Assembly (NCBI RefSeq): GCF_004010195.1
Contig: NC_057720.1
Span: 36,641,538-36,698,689, forward strand
Source of the DNA: Chiloscyllium plagiosum
Lineage: Eukaryota
Length of the DNA stretch: 57,152 bases
Direction: 5' to 3'
The notes below the pieces were generated by a model. It was not told where the DNA came from and made no database searches. It was given only the letters and a program-made list of their open reading frames with translations. The translations under genes and the position numbers were made by a program. Below, one piece after another: positions 1 through 14,370 of the stretch. Every line of letters starts with the position of its first letter. Within the stretch, counting starts at the first letter, position 1.

Positions 1-478
1 TGATCCCTTTTTGAGTTTTCTGCCTCATTGATTCCGTTGTCTTTCTTGACTTCCCTTGTTCTAACTTTCCCTTCATTTTATTTCTTAAACATCCAGTTTG
101 TCCCCTATCCCCGCTACTTAGTTTAAACGTAGCTGTGTTGCAGTAGCAAACCTGCCTGCCAGAATGCTGGTCCCTAACCTATTAAGGTGCAAACCGTCTC
201 TCTTGTAGTATTTATGCTTACCACAAAACATACCCCAGTGATCCAAGAATTTAAATCCTTGCTTCCTGCACCAGTTCCCCAGCCACACGTTCAAGTCCAT
301 TATCTCCCTGTTTCTGGCCTCACCAGCCCGAGGAACTGCAAGCAAACTGGAGATAACCACCCTGGACGGCCTGCTTTTCAACCTTCTTCCTAGTTCCCCG
401 AAGTCCCGCTGTAGTGTGTTCCTCCTCTTCTTCCCGACATCATTTGTGCCGACATGTACCACCACCTCTGGCTCTTCT
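1..478 (-). mobile_element. CR1 LINE fragment: ORF1 SGNH-esterase domain
   Basis: ORF 118-465 has VVHVGTND...RVVISSLL...DHWGMF...DGLHLN, the CR1 ORF1 esterase motifs, and matches the ORF1 of the CR1 at 5.9-6.3 kb. Confidence 0.9.
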
Positions 479-493
479 GTCGTAGGAATTCAC

Positions 494-605
494 CAGATGA
501 AACTAAATTGGTGACCATTGTGGACACAATAGCCTGGTATTCACTGGTGACAGCATGGCCTGTGATGCATAAAAGGATATCTATTTGCTTGACTAGTTTA
601 TGGAG
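494..605 (-). other. Possible host exon (unidentified)
   Basis: Minus-strand acceptor tctttctctttacag, open frame LHKLVKQIDILLCITGHAVTSEYQAIVSTMVTNLVSS, possible donor G|gtgaat; product not recognised. Confidence 0.3.
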
Positions 606-2994
606 CTGTAAAGAGAAAGACAACAGCATTTTGTATTAATTTTAAATCCAATAAAAGTAAAAGACAGTAAAACATGCAATTAGTTAAAGAAGATTTGGTG
701 TAGTTGTATTGTAATAAGTATCTGCAATTAATATGTTGTTAAATCTATCAAGTTCACTCAACTACAAAACAGCAGCTGTCTTCTGTTCCAGACTTAAAAA
801 AACTTTCTTTGCATTTTTTTCATTGAGTCATTCAATCCTGGCATTGGCCCATTTGCATTACTTATTACTTTTAACCATTTATTTTCAGTGCAGTGGCTTC
901 CTATGACACGAACATTCTTAACATCAGAATAGCTTGGTCTTTTAAACTCAATAATTTAACAATGGATTTTGGGACCCTGCTGATAGGGCCAAAAGCAGGT
1001 TTCAAATCTGCAATTGCTAGCAGCAGAAATGGCTTGATAATTTTACCATAGGCAACCTCCAACTTGGTGGCTGCTTCTGAAGCCTCAACAGCATTTCCAG
1101 AGAGGAGGTCCCTGCTGAGACAATGGGGAACTAAAAAAAATGAAGAACTCAGGGGACGAAGCCCGTTTAGGGAGCTTTTAAGGGTAGAGGTAGTTGCCTT
1201 CCTTTCCCTGGAGATCCTCTCTGGACCATTGACCTGTTTTTAATGGCGCCCAAGTGCTACCAATGGGAAGTTGGCTTTTTAAAGCTGGAGGCCCTTTCTA
1301 TAGTGCTTTCTAAAGATGCATATTCACTCTCAGCCTTTTTGGAGGGAGCATGTGATCCACATCACAGCTCCTCCGATGAGAAAATTCCCTGGTGGGAGGA
1401 CTACTTCGGGGAACTGTCCTCAATGTCATTTTTCCCAACTATTTACCAGCCATCTCCTAATTGCTAGGTAGCCCATCTTATAAAAGTGATCCAGTCCCAT
1501 TTTCTAAATGGAAGAGATTTAGAGAATGCGTACACATACAGCACCTCTGTTCCAGCTATTGAGAACTTAATTCAGTCAAATATATATACAAGAGTAGTAC
1601 TGACCACTGGTAAATATCATAAAGTCTTATGTTTTTCTCGCAACACTTTAATTGGACTTTTCTTGTTAGTAAGATTTGTTAAGCTTGAGAAATCCATACA
1701 AAGTTGTTTGTATGTAGTTGTAGTCATAACAGGTAGAGTGTTGGATAAGATGTTAACTTTAAACATCCCTCTCTAAGGATGCTGTATAAATTTCATCAGT
1801 TTGTGGTGTATGCTTTAAAAAAAGGAAGATCAGAGATGAGCATTCATTGTCGTTCATTGCTAATTAGCTGAGGCTAAAATCCATTCACGCATGAAGCAAA
1901 TCTGGATTATATCCAATATTAAAATATGCAGTTGGTCAGAATTCAAATCAAAGGAAGGTACAGGTCATTAAGTCTTACTGAAACTTACTGATATTTGTTA
2001 TTTTACAGAAAATAAGTAAATTTTACATAGATAAGTTCTGAAAGATATTGCAGGGCATTAACAAGGAAAAAAATGGTGGTGGCATAGTTACAGAAGTATT
2101 TTCATTTTACATACACTATGCCCTTCATCAAACAAAATCACGCTGACTTACAGAGTTTGTGCAAGCAGAAACTAGCCCATACAAATAATTTACGTGGCAT
2201 GTAATCTGCATATAAAGTTATGTTAACCCAGTGCTGACCTTTTTAAAGGGTGATTGAACCTTTAAAATGCAAGTATTTGTCTTTTTAAAGTAGGAAAACA
2301 CCTCTAAAGTGCAATATGACTTCAATAATGATTTCAACTTTACACAAAGACAGAATATATATTTTATACTCTATTAAATGCACATCACTAGGAGGTTAAA
2401 AACAATGTCTTTGCAGTAATCAAAGTATTTTCAGTGAGTAATTAAGGCCACTGATTCACCAGATATTCTTTTCCAAAATTTGATTTAATTACAGATCAAT
2501 TAAGTCTTTTTCGATAGTTGTGTCAGTTGTGGGATTTCATTTGAAACTGCACCTGTACATGCAGAACTGAAACACAATATAGAATAACGCCTTGGGGGAC
2601 ATAACACTTAGAAAAACCTTCATGTTATTTTGCTTTTTATGCTATTGGATATTTAAACTTCTCTGCTGGTTTTCAATAACAGCAATACAAAAGAGTTAAA
2701 CAGATGCATTTGCAGAAGCCAAAGACTTTATCAGTTATATGAGAAATGCATTATATTTACAGTTTAAAAAAATTTTAAACCAACCCTTTGTAAATCACTG
2801 ATCAGTGCTTAGTAGGAACATTGTGTTTAATTCTGTGTGACATGTTAGGAATGACATGAAGACCTTGGGGAAAGTTCAGAAGACATTTACTAGAGTGAAG
2901 AGAAACAGAACTGATGTTTCAGTTCGATGAACTTTCATGGCCAATATCCTAAATATTTGACTGTTTCTTTTCACAGAAAATTAACATTATTTTT

Positions 2995-3520
2995 AACTTT
3001 CAAAATACCCTGCATCGGTCCTCATGGTAAGAGAACACAAATAGCATTCCAACATTACTAAATAATCAAGGGACGAAAGAAAGAGAGCAGGGGAGGGAAT
3101 AAATGCAACGACTATCTCCAGAGAAAAAGAGTGAGGTAAACTAATGGGAGTAAAAGCTGCTAAGCCCCTGGACCTGACAGCTTGCAACCTAGCATTTTTA
3201 AGGAAGTAGGTACAAAGATAGTGGATGAACTGATAATCTTCGAAGAATCCTTAGATTTGGGGAAAAGTCCCAAAGGATTGGAAAGCTGCAACTGCAGAGC
3301 ATTATTTTAAAATGGACTGTGATAACAAAAACAGGGAACTACAGGTCAGTTAGCTTAGTGTCTTTAATTGGAAAAATGTTAGAAGCTAATACTAGAAACA
3401 TTATTAGGAGGGCAATTTAAGATTTCAAGATGATTAGGTAATTTCAATGTAATCTCTCCTTGAAGAAGTGGAAATCATGCTGACAAATTAATTCAGTTCT
3501 TTCCAGATTTTTCACCTCTT
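2995..3520 (+). mobile_element. Heavily decayed CR1 ORF2 fragment
   Basis: Remnants of K-x-PGPD, PKDWK-AN and GNYR-VSL-S-IGK-LE segments with many stops. Confidence 0.7.
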
Positions 3521-5389
3521 ACATGGCTGCAGACAATAGGAGCTATAGTAGGAAGTGTCTTTTCATAATTTTCCAAATGTCATGAATAACCAGCTTAATT
3601 GGATCAGTTGTTAATTTCCTATCCATCATATTTGTATTAGTTTTAATTGTTCTTGGGATGTACCATCAGTGTCAAGACTAGCATTAGTTGTTCATTCTTA
3701 ATTGCCCTTCCAAAGCTGGTGATGAGCTTCTTTCTTGACTTGCTGAGGTCTATGTGGTGTAGGTACACAGAGCTGTGTAGTTCCAGAATTTTGACTGTGA
3801 AGGAATGATGATACAGCCCAAATCAGGATGGTACACAACATGGAGGGAAACTTGCATGAGGTGATGTTCTGAAGTGTTTGGTGTCCAGATGATTGAGATT
3901 GAGGTTTGGAAGTTGCTGTCAACGGAGTAGTGATGAGTTACAACATGTTTCTTCTCTTAGAATATAATATAGAATAGAAATTTATTGTCACTGTTGCTTT
4001 TACATGAAAAATACAATGAAAAGTTTTATAAGTTGCCACACCACTGCTCCTGTATTAATGGCACAACACAATTTAAAAAAAGTAAAATTAAGACAAAGTT
4101 CACCACAGTTCAGTTAACAGATCCTGGGCTCGGGGAAAGCCAATTATGGAATGACAGAATATTCTAAAGAAGCAGCTGAGACGAGACTGTCACATTGGGC
4201 TGCTGGAAACTACCTTGTTGCTGGGCTGGGAGAAGTCTCCTGTTCCCTATCCAACGGTCTCCAGAGGATACCACCGATCTGTTGTCTGTTCCTTTCGGCG
4301 ATGCATCCGTTCCTTCAGGCGCTCAGGCCTAGCTGCAGACCTGGAGCCTTGGCCCAGCCTGTTAGACCAGGCTGAGGGTGTCCTTGCTCGACAGGAGACC
4401 CCGGTGGAAGGGTGTCCTGCTTGGCCTGGTACTGCTGCTGCTGCTGATGCCAGAGGTCTCCTCCTCAAACTTCTTCTATAAATTGTAGCCCTGGAATACT
4501 TAAGCACACCTTTGCAGGTACATTTAACATTGCAAAATAATGGAAATGAAAAGAAACAGGGATTTTTGTGAAATCCTAACATGGGTGGGGTTTACGAAAA
4601 CATGTTTCCTCCAGTCACTGTTCAGCCGGGTGTTGCAACGTTGCCTCCACACCTCCTGGGCATTAACTCATTGATTTTGGGTGATTGCTCCCCCCACTTG
4701 CTCGGGGTTACAGCTATCACTGTGCATCGGTGGTAGAGGGAGCATACCTTTAATCGCCTACATTGGGTGCTCATCAAGCAGGTTGCTTTGTCTAAGGGTG
4801 TTAGGCTTCTTAAGTGTCGTTGGAACTTCACTCATCCAGGCAAATGAAGAGTACTCCATCATTTACTAACTTGTCCCCATAGACTGTAAAAAGGTTTGGG
4901 CTGTTACTTTCAGAACTGGAACTGAGCTTTACATACTTTTAAAGGCATCTGTACAGAGAGATACACATCATAAACACACATCTCTTAAACTCAGTCAGTT
5001 TGAATTTATTGGTGCCCAACAGAATTCCTACTAAATGTCCACCATCTGAATCCAATTAAACTGACTTAGCATACAACCAACGGAGTTCAAGTTTCTCTTT
5101 GTTGTTGCACAGCATGGTCCCTTTTAAGACTTCCACATGGTAGTACATGCACAAATTTTAAATGACATGTTGGTTGTTCTTGGTCTGGATGTTTCATTCC
5201 TAATAGGATCCAAAATGCAGCTGTGAAGTTTAATGGGAAAACTGACCAGGTTATAGGACAGCCCTTCAAGTTATGACACAAGTGTCCAAATGTCAGGCAG
5301 GTAGATTTTGCATTTTATGCTGAGCTGGGTGTGTCTTTATTGTACCTACTGCCAAAGTCAGGTTTGTTTTTTTTTCAGAAGACTTTTTA

Positions 5390-5670
5390 ATTGTCATTTA
5401 TCTCTGGAGTGGTTTGAACATTGGTCTGCCAGGCTGTTTCAGAGACCAGTTAACGTTACATATGGGCCAGACCAAATCAGAACACGAGTGGGTTTTTATG
5501 TTACTGCATTTGATTCCATGGTCATTATTGATGGTACTACTAATTCCACAATCATTTAATTAACTGATTTTTAATTCCACAGCTGCTGTGGTGGGATTTG
5601 ATCTCATCTCTCTGGGATTATTTGTTCAGGCTTCTGGATTAATAGTTCAGTAAAATAATCACTATGGTAT
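5390..5670 (-). mobile_element. Decayed tRNA-derived SINE
   Basis: Reverse complement resembles the SINE halves at 22481-22530 and 32819-33460 (aaatcccaccac, gaccatggaa, aaaaacccac, tctggcccatatgt). Confidence 0.55.
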
Positions 5671-5844
5671 ATTTCCATAGATTTGCATGATGCACACTGC
5701 TATGCTGTCTTGAGACTTGCAACCCCACAATCTCCTCTTGCAACCCCATTTTTTGGGGAGCCCTGAATGAATGGGACTACATGTGATGCACTGCATATGA
5801 ATATCAATGGAACAATTCTCAAGAAAGACAAAAATATAGCTGCT

Positions 5845-8800
5845 CCGTAGTCCGAGGTACAGACAGACATTTCTGTAGCCAGCAGCGAAAAATCGGAATG
5901 GTGTGTTGTTTCCCTGGTGCCAGGATCAAGGATGTCTCAGAGGGGTTCAGAATGTTCTCACAGGGGAGAGGGACCAGCAGGAGATCATTGTACACATTAG
6001 AACCAACGACATAGGAAGGGAAACCGTTGAGATTCTGAAGGGAGGTTACAGAGAGTTAGGCAGGAATTTAAAAAGGAGGTCCTCGAGATTAGTAATATCT
6101 GGATTACTCCCGGTGCTACGAGCTAGTGAGGGCAGGAATAGAGGATAGAGCAGATGAATGCATGGCTGAGGAGCTGGTGTATGGGAGAAGGATTCGCATT
6201 TTTGGATCATTGGAAGCTGTTTTGGGGAGGAAGTGACCTGTTCAAGAAGGACGGATTACACCTAAATTGGAAGGGGACTAATATACTGGCAGGGAAATTT
6301 GCTAGAGCAGCTGAGGAGGATTTAAACTAGTAAGGTGGGGGGAGAGCAGAGAGACCCAGGGAGATAGTGAGGAAAGAGATCAATCTGAGACTGGTACAGT
6401 TGAGAAAATAAGCAAGCCAAACAGTCAGGACAGGCAGGAAAAAAGCAGAGAACAAGATAGGACTGATAAATTAAATTGCATTTATTTCAATGTAACAGGC
6501 TTAACAGGGAAGACAGATGAACTCAGGGCATGGTTAGGAACATGGGACTGGGATATCATAGCAATTACAGAAACATGGCTCAGGGATGGGCAGTTTAATG
6601 TTCCAGGATACAAATGCGACAGGAAGGATAGAAAGGGAGGCAAGAGAGGAGAGGGAGTGGCATTTTTGATAAAGGATGGCATTACAGCTGTGCTGAGGGA
6701 GGACATTCCCGTAAATACATCCAGGGAAGTTATTTGGGTGGAACTGAGAAATAAGAAAGGGATGATCACCTTATTGGGATTGTATTATAGACCCCCTAAT
6801 AGAGGGAAATTGAGAAACAAATTTGGAAGGAGATCTCAGCTATCTGTAAGAATAATAGGGTGGTTATGGTAGGGGATTTTAACTTTCCAAACATAGACTG
6901 GGACTGCCATAGTGTTAAGTGTTTAAATGGAGAGGAATTTGTTAAGTGTGTACAAGACAATTTTCTGATTCAGTATGTTGATGTAACTACTAGAGAAGGT
7001 GCAACACTTGATCCACTCTTGGGAAATAAGGCAGGACAGGTGACTGAGGTGTCAGTGGGGGAGCACTTTGGAGCCAGAGACCATAATTCTCTTAGTTTTA
7101 AAATAGTGATGGAAAAGGATAGACCAGATCTAAAAGTTGAAGTTCTAAATTGGAGAAAGGCCAATTTTAACGTTATTAGGCAAGAACTTTCAAAAGCTGA
7201 TTGGGGGCAGATGTTCACAGGTAAAGGGACGGCTAGAAAATGGGAAGCCTTCAGAAATGAGATAACGAGAGTCCAGAGAAAGTATATTCCTGTTAGGGTG
7301 AAAGGAAAGGCTGGTAGGTATAGGGAATGCTGGATGACTGAAGAAATTGGGGGTTTGGTTAAGAAAAAGAAGGAAGCATATGTAAGGTATAGACAGGATA
7401 GATCGAGTGAATCCTTAAGAGTATAAAGGCAGTAGGAGTATACTGAAAATGGAAATCAGGTGGGCAAAAAGGGGATATGAGATAGCTTTGGCAAATAGAA
7501 TTAAGGAAAATCCAAAGAGTTTTTACAAATACATTGAGGACAAAAGGGAGAGAATAGGGCCACTCAAAGATCAGCAAGGCGGCCTTTGTATGGAGCCACA
7601 AGAGATGGGGCAGATACTAAATGAATATTTTAAGACCATAAGACCATAAGACATAGGAGTGGAAGTAAGGCCATTCTGGTGACATCTTGAAAAATGTCCA
7701 TTTTACAGAGGAGGAAGTGCTGGATGTCTTGAAATGCATAAAAGTGGATAAATCCCCAGGACCTGATCAGGGGTACCCGAGAACTTTGTGGGAAGCTAGG
7801 GAAGTGATTGCTGGCTTCTTACTGAGATATTTGTATCATCAATAGTCTCAGGTGAGGTGCCAGAAGACTGGAGGTTGGCAAACGTGGTGCCACTGTTTAA
7901 AAAGGGTGGTAAGGACAAGCCGGGGAACTATAGACCAGTGAGCCTGATGTCGGTGGTGGGCAAATTGTTGGAGGGAATCCTGAGGGACAGGATGTACATG
8001 TATTTTGAAAGGCATGGACTGATTAGGAATAGTCAACATGGTTTTGTGCGTGGGAAATCATTTCTCACAAACTTGATTGAGTTTTTAGAAAAAGTAACAA
8101 GAAGGATTGATGAGGGCAGAGCAGTAGATGTGATCTTTCTGGACTTCAGTAAAGCGTTTAACAAGGTTCCCCATGGGAGATTGGTGAGCAAGGTTAGATC
8201 TCATAGAATACAGGGAGAATTCACCATTTGGATACAGAACTGGCACAAAAGTAGAAGACAGAGGGTGGTGGTGGAGGGTTGCTTTTCAGACTGGAGGCCT
8301 GTGACTAGTGGAGTGCCACAAGGATCGGTGCTGGATCTAATACTTTTTGTCATTTTATATAAATAATTTGGATGTGAGTATAAGAGGTACAGTTAGAAAG
8401 TTTGCAGATGACACCGAAATTGGGAGGTGTATTGGAGAAGGTTACCTCAGATTACAACAGGATCTGGACCAGATGGGCCAATGGGCTGAGAAGTGGCAGA
8501 TGGAGTTTAATTCAGGTAAATGCGAGCTGCTGCATTTTGGGAAAGCAAATCTTAGCAGGACTTATACACTTAATGGTAAGGTCCTAGGGAGTGTTGCTAA
8601 ACAAAGAGACCTTGGAGTGCAGGTTCATAGCTCCTTGAAAGTGGAGTTGCAGGTGGATAGGATAGTGAAGAAGGCATTTGGTATGCTTTCCTTTATTGGT
8701 CAGAGTATTGAGTACAGGAGTTGGGAATCCATGTTGCGGCTGTACAGGATATTGGTTAGGCCACTGTTGGAATTCTGGTCTCCTTCCTATCGAAAAGATG

Positions 8801-9309
8801 TTGTGAAAATTGAAAGGGCTCAGAAAAGATTTAGAAGGATGTTGCCAGGGTTGGAGGTGTTGAGCTATAGGGAGAGGTTGAACAGGCTGGGGCTGTTTTC
8901 CCTGGAGCGTCAGAGGCTGAGGGGTGACCTTATAGAGGTTTACAAAATTATGAGGGGCATAGATAGGATAAATAGGCAAAGTCTTTTCCCTGGGGTTGGG
9001 GAGTCCAGAATTAGAGGGCATAGGTTTAGGGTGAGAGGGGAAAAATATAAAAGAGACCTAAGGGACAACTTTTTCACGCAGAGGGTGTTACGTGTATGGA
9101 ATGAGCTGCCAGAGGAAATGGTTGAGGCAAGTACAATTGCAACATTTAAAAGACATCTGGATGGGTATATGAATAGGAAGGGTTTGGAGGGATATGGACC
9201 GGGTGCTGGCAGGTGGGAGTAGATTGGGTTGGGATATCTGGTCAGCATGAATGGGTTGGACCGAAGGGCCTGTTTCCGTTCTGTACATCTCTATGACTCT
9301 ATGACTCTA
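5845..9309 (+). mobile_element. Near full-length CR1 LINE (ORF1 esterase, ORF2 APE endonuclease + RT), frameshifted
   Basis: ORF1 VHIRTND/DGLHLN; APE ITETWL, GLYYRPP, GDFNFP, DHN; RT GNYRPVSL, QHGF, DFSKAF, GVPQGSVL, FADD; 3' tail (ctctatga)n. A short inverted CR1 tail (taagacca)n is inserted at ~7631-7675. Confidence 0.97.
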
Positions 9310-9443
9310 AATCAAAGAACAATGAATGCTGAAAATATGAAGCAAAAACAGAAAGAGTTGAAAAAAAACTCAGCAGTTCTGGCAGCATCTGTAGAGAGAG
9401 AAACAGAATTAATGTTTCGAATCCAGTGACCCTTCATCAGAAC
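9310..9443 (-). mobile_element. Penelope-like terminal remnant with hammerhead core
   Basis: Minus strand reads ctgatgaagggtcactggattcgaaac and resembles the other PLE termini in the window. Confidence 0.6.
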
Positions 9444-10819
9444 ATAGTCAACCTAGGGACAACAGCTATCAGTTCTGCTGTACAACTGATCTTTCTACCT
9501 TAACATTCATACATTTGTGATTAAACAGTAGTTTTCAATTTGAAAGCCCTTCCTTAGATAACAATTCAGTATGAGCTTTCTCCCGACATTAGTTTTCATT
9601 AGTGGATTTGGTCTCCTTTGAACAGAACTGTGGGATAAGTGATATTTGTAATCACTGTTAAGTAGCATTTGCTGAGTTTCTTGTTTATGTTATGTGGCAA
9701 ATGACTCATTGGAACCCTTCAAAGCTTTCTGATGTGGTATAGGCACTGTTAAACAAGGAAATGGAAATCAAGAATCTCAATATAGACGATATTTTCAAAG
9801 ATAGGCTCCCTCATAGACTTTGAATAACCATTGGTTCTTGAAACCACATTTTGTCTAGTACCCATGTGAATAATTTGAAACACTGAATTAAATTTTCCTG
9901 TGTTTTAGTACAGTGTTTCTGTGAGTCAAGTTCACAATAGCAGATCTGACAAAGCCTATGCCAAATTTTCTCATGTAACCTTCTGTTCATCAATTAAGCA
10001 ACTAGCCTTGCCAGAACCGATCTTGTGGAATCATGTAATAATCCAGGCAGAAATGCTCTCTGATGCCTGGACTTTGCAACGTTCGTGTCACTATTTAAAA
10101 TCCAACTGCACACCACACAAAAGCTGAAAGCCAGGAAGTGTCCTCTATGTTGTGGCATTCTAACATTAATTCTATGGAAGTTGATCAGAAAGGGAAGTTT
10201 GCTCCCCAATCTGAGGTTGGGGTGGTTGTGAGGAGAGCCATCCTTTTACCTGCTGATCAGCAAAGGAGGCCACACCATAAGACTCAACAAGTCTAGACTG
10301 AGACAGCAGCCTGTGTTAGTGCAATGACCTGGGTTTAAAGAAATGCCCACAGTGCAGGAGGAAGGCCCACTCTTCAACGGCAAGTTTACCATTTTGTCTC
10401 CGCTACCTCTGATTATCTACCCCATCTTCCACGTACTAACTCTTCCTTTCTAACTCTCTGCTTTGCACTCACTCACTCAGGACACCTTGCCATCTCTCCT
10501 AACCCTGCATCATGAATGGTTCTTTCATCCAAATCCATCACTCTCAACCAAGCTGGAAATGCCCCATATTAGGGCCAAGATGGTGAAGACAGGGGGGGGT
10601 GGTAGACAAAAGGCACTTCACCTCACATTGAGGAGAAGATAGTAAACTTGGCCATGAAGGTTGTGACCACGTTTGACAAAGAAAAGATCTCCATGGGCAA
10701 CCAACCTAACGAGCCTCATTTGTGGTGTGCCGTACTGCTCTTTTGCTCTCATTATTACTCCTTTACTATTGCTGTTAACACACTTCCTGAAACCAATTTG
10801 CCCTGTATCCATGACATCC

Positions 10820-11420
10820 CTTCATTGTTTGTTCCACAATGATGTGGCACACCCTTTCTGGGCAATACTGTATCAGCAATGTTATATTTCTGTTCTGTGT
10901 CAGTCTAAGGACTTTGTAATTGAGCGACAAGCTATGCTTAGCCTTTGTTTTCCAGAAGTTATCCCTTTTATGACCTGGGAATCTTGGTAGGAGGCAGCAT
11001 CCTGTGAGTTGTCCAGTGTGCATGCATCATGACAACTCTCAGAATATTTGGTGCAGACATCCATAAACTGGCACTGTCATAAACAATTTGAACCTCAATA
11101 GAGTGAAAGCTTTTTTTATTGACAAGCACTGTTGGCTAGTGATGGAACACTCTCAAAGTAATGGTAGGTACACTTAATAGGGCCTTCACTCGGGGAAGCC
11201 AGCAATGTTGGAAATCCATTCCTGAGCTGCTTGACTTTGCCAATCGAGAGGGAAGGATATAAAATGGCATAATCTGAAGAAAATGACATCAGTGACAATC
11301 CATTTTTGGGGTGAAGGTTGAAAGATGCCACACAAGTCCCCAAACGTTCCTTGCAATGAGCAGGGGTTTAAGAATTCAAAGCAACTATGGCCTTTACAAC
11401 CACTGGGCTGGGATGCCATC
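10820..11420 (-). pseudogene. Decayed PIF/Harbinger DDE transposase
   Basis: Frameshifted minus-strand translation gives SLQGTFGDLCGIFQ, IAGFP..PIKCTYH, VNKKSFHSIEVQIVYD..VCTKYSESCHDA and QYCPERVCHII, in the order of Harbinger/HARBI1 motifs. Confidence 0.75.
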
Positions 11421-11759
11421 CACTTTTTCTGAATGCATGTCCTGCCCCTGCAGATGACACAGTTTGGTGATGATAGCCTGAAATATCTTTAGTCTGTAAC
11501 TGCATTATGGTTCCAAGAACTGAAGAAAACTACAACAGGTCATACATGCATGGTCTGCTTATTCTCTTCGGCCTCCTTGGTTTTTCATAGCTGCTACTCC
11601 CCGAGAGAGAGCTTTTGCTAAGCTTGATGCTGATGTAGTAATTGCTCCCTCCTTAGATGCTGCCCTCAATTGTGTAGCATGACTGTGAGGAGTTATGAAT
11701 TACAATGTTTATGTCAGACACATGAGCTGATAATGTGTGGGGATTGTTGGCCCTTATGC

Positions 11760-12240
11760 ACCTCTTTGAACTTTTTACATACTTGCTCCTCTATTACTAG
11801 CTGACACTTTGGGATCTTATACTATATTCCCAGTAAAGTGGCTGCTTCCTTAACATTCCTAAGTTCTACTCACAAGCCTCATTTGAGGAACCTTCCAAGG
11901 TATCCTTATTGCAGTAATTGGTCCTAAATTAATAGTGCTACATCACCATCTTTTCTAAACCCTCCTCTGCCTCGTCTAAAGATTCTATACCCCAAAATAT
12001 TGCCAGTTCAGTTCTTCCCTCAGTCTTATTTCTGTGATTGCAACAACATCACATTTTCAATCCACATCTTTAACTAATCACACCTACCTATTACACTCCT
12101 AGCATTTAAGTAAAGGCCATTTAGCCTTGCCTTACTCTCTTCACACTCAACATAGCTGAACTCACACTGCTTGCTTCCTTCGCACAAGGTATCTCTATTT
12201 AATCAATATTCTGTGTCCCCACCCCTGAAAGACAAGTTCA
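11760..12240 (-). mobile_element. Decayed CR1 APE-region fragment
   Basis: Reverse complement resembles the start of CR1 ORF2 (YLNARS, DVVAITE). Confidence 0.55.
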
Positions 12241-13067
12241 AATTCCTCCATTAATTCCCAAATCCCCAGGTGGGACCATGACCAGCACCTTGACTAAAAA
12301 TACTCCACCTGCCATATGAATGTCTAGACAGCATCATGACTGACCTGCCTGTAATTGCTGACTGACTGCACTGGACCTGCAGGACTGACTGTGGCCCAGT
12401 TCCCTAATGGCAAGGACACGGATCCTAGGACTCTGCTAGGACCAAAGTGCCTGACTGACTGTGATCAACCCCATTGTCATGTAAACAGCTCAGCCCCTCA
12501 ACTGACCATGGTAGCACCCCTTGACACCAGTTAGAATTAGTTCCTTTTGACTTATAGATATGGCCATTTGCCTAAAGTACATGTAGTATATTTACAGTAT
12601 AATCTGCTAGCACATAACATTGATGTAGCTTGATGCTCTATTGTAACATATCCATCCTCTTGACTGTTCAGTGCTCTGAACAATGACAAGCTGCCTATCT
12701 CTTCTCTGCATTAAAAAACACTGCAAGTCACAGAACTAGATAGCCTGTAAGTTAGCTCTGAAGAGCTTATGTGCTAAAGTGCATGGGAGTGTGGTTGACA
12801 GCCTGTAACTTACCAGTGAACAGCTAGAAGTTAAAATGTAATGCAAGCCAGAAAGACTAGACAGTGCAAAGTTAATAACCGCTAAGACAGTAAGCTAATA
12901 GATCTGATGCATTCTGTGTGGATGTGTGTGTGTCTCTGCATAGAGTGACCTGACATAAGCATACAAATCATCAGTCTGCGTCCACCAGAGTGAGTCAATC
13001 CAAAATCAACCAGAACGACCTGTGTGAGTTTGGGAGTGGTTCTGGGTTAAAAGTACCAATGAGAGTG

Positions 13068-14370
13068 GAACATAGAACATAAAACATAGAAGAATACAGC
13101 GCAGTACAGGCCCTTTGGCCCTCGATGTTGCGCCGATCCAAGCCCACCTAACCTACACTAGCCCACTATCCTCCATATGCCTATCCAATGCCCGCTTAAA
13201 TGCCCATAAAGAGGGAGAGTCCACCACTGCTACTGATGGCGACCAAAACTGCACACAATATTCCAGATGCGGCCGCATCAGAGTCTTATACAACTGCATC
13301 ATGACCTCAGGAGTCCGGAACTCAATTCCTCTACCAATAAAAGCCAGTACGCCATATGCCTTCCTCACCGCACTATTTACTTGGGTGGCAACTTTCAGAG
13401 ATCTGTGTACATGGACACCAAGATCCCTCTGCTCATCCACACTACCAAGTATCCGACCATTAGCCCAGTACCCCATCTTTTTGTTATTCTTCCCAAAGTG
13501 AATCACCTCGCACTTAGCTACATTGTATTCCATCTGCCACCTTTCTGCCCAGCTCTGCAGCTTCTCTATATCCTGCTGTAACCTGCCACATGCTTCCTCA
13601 CTGTCAACAACTCCTCCGATTTTCGTATCATCCGCAAACTTGCTCACCCAATCTTCTAACCCCTCTTCCAGGTCATTTATAAAAATGACAAACAGCAATG
13701 GTCCCAAAACAGATCCTTGCGGAACACCGCTAGTGACGGCACTCCATGAAGAAACTTTGCCATCAACTACTACCCTCTGTCTTCTTCCATCCAGCCAATT
13801 CCTAATCCAAACCTCTAACTCACCCTCAATGCCATATCTCCGTATTTTCTGCAGTAGCCTACCATGGGGAACCTTATCGAACGCCTTACTAAAATCCATA
13901 TATACCACATCTACCGCTTTCCCCTCATCAACCTCCTTTGTCACCTTTTCAAAGAATTCAATAAGGTTTGTGAGGCACGACCTGCCCTTCACAAAACCAT
14001 GCTGACTATCCTTGATCACATTATTCCTATCCAGATGTTCATAAATCCTATCCCTTACAATTCTCTCTAAGACTTTGCCCACAACAGAAGTGAGACTCAC
14101 CGGCCTATAGTTACTAGGGTTATCCCTACTCCCCTTCTTGAACAAGGGAACCACATTTGCTAGCCTCCAGTCTTCTGGCACTATGCCTGTAGACAACGAG
14201 GACATAAAAATCAAGGCCACTGGCTCTGCAATCTCCTCCCTTGTTTCCCAGAGAATCCTAGGATAAATGCCATCAGGCCCAAGGGACTTATCTATTTTCA
14301 CCCTTTCCAGAATTTCCAACACCTCTTCCCTACATACCTCAAAGCCATTCATTCTACTTAATTGTGACTC
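13068..14370 (-). mobile_element. 5'-truncated CR1 LINE, RT region with internal deletion
   Basis: ORF 13153-14469 has NYRPVSL, QHGF, DFSKAFD, PQGSVLGP, FADD; jumps from CVQFWSP to VAVVDSPS (deletion); (catagaa)n tail at 13068-13095. Confidence 0.95.

Noticed and set aside
4151..4582. Overlapping GC-richer ORFs
   Set aside because: Low-complexity, probably repeat-derived; no recognisable protein
8584..9288. Recurrent antisense ORFs over CR1 (also 13115-14070, 20465-20875, 49977-50426)
   Set aside because: Shadow frames of CR1 RT, repeated only because the element is repeated
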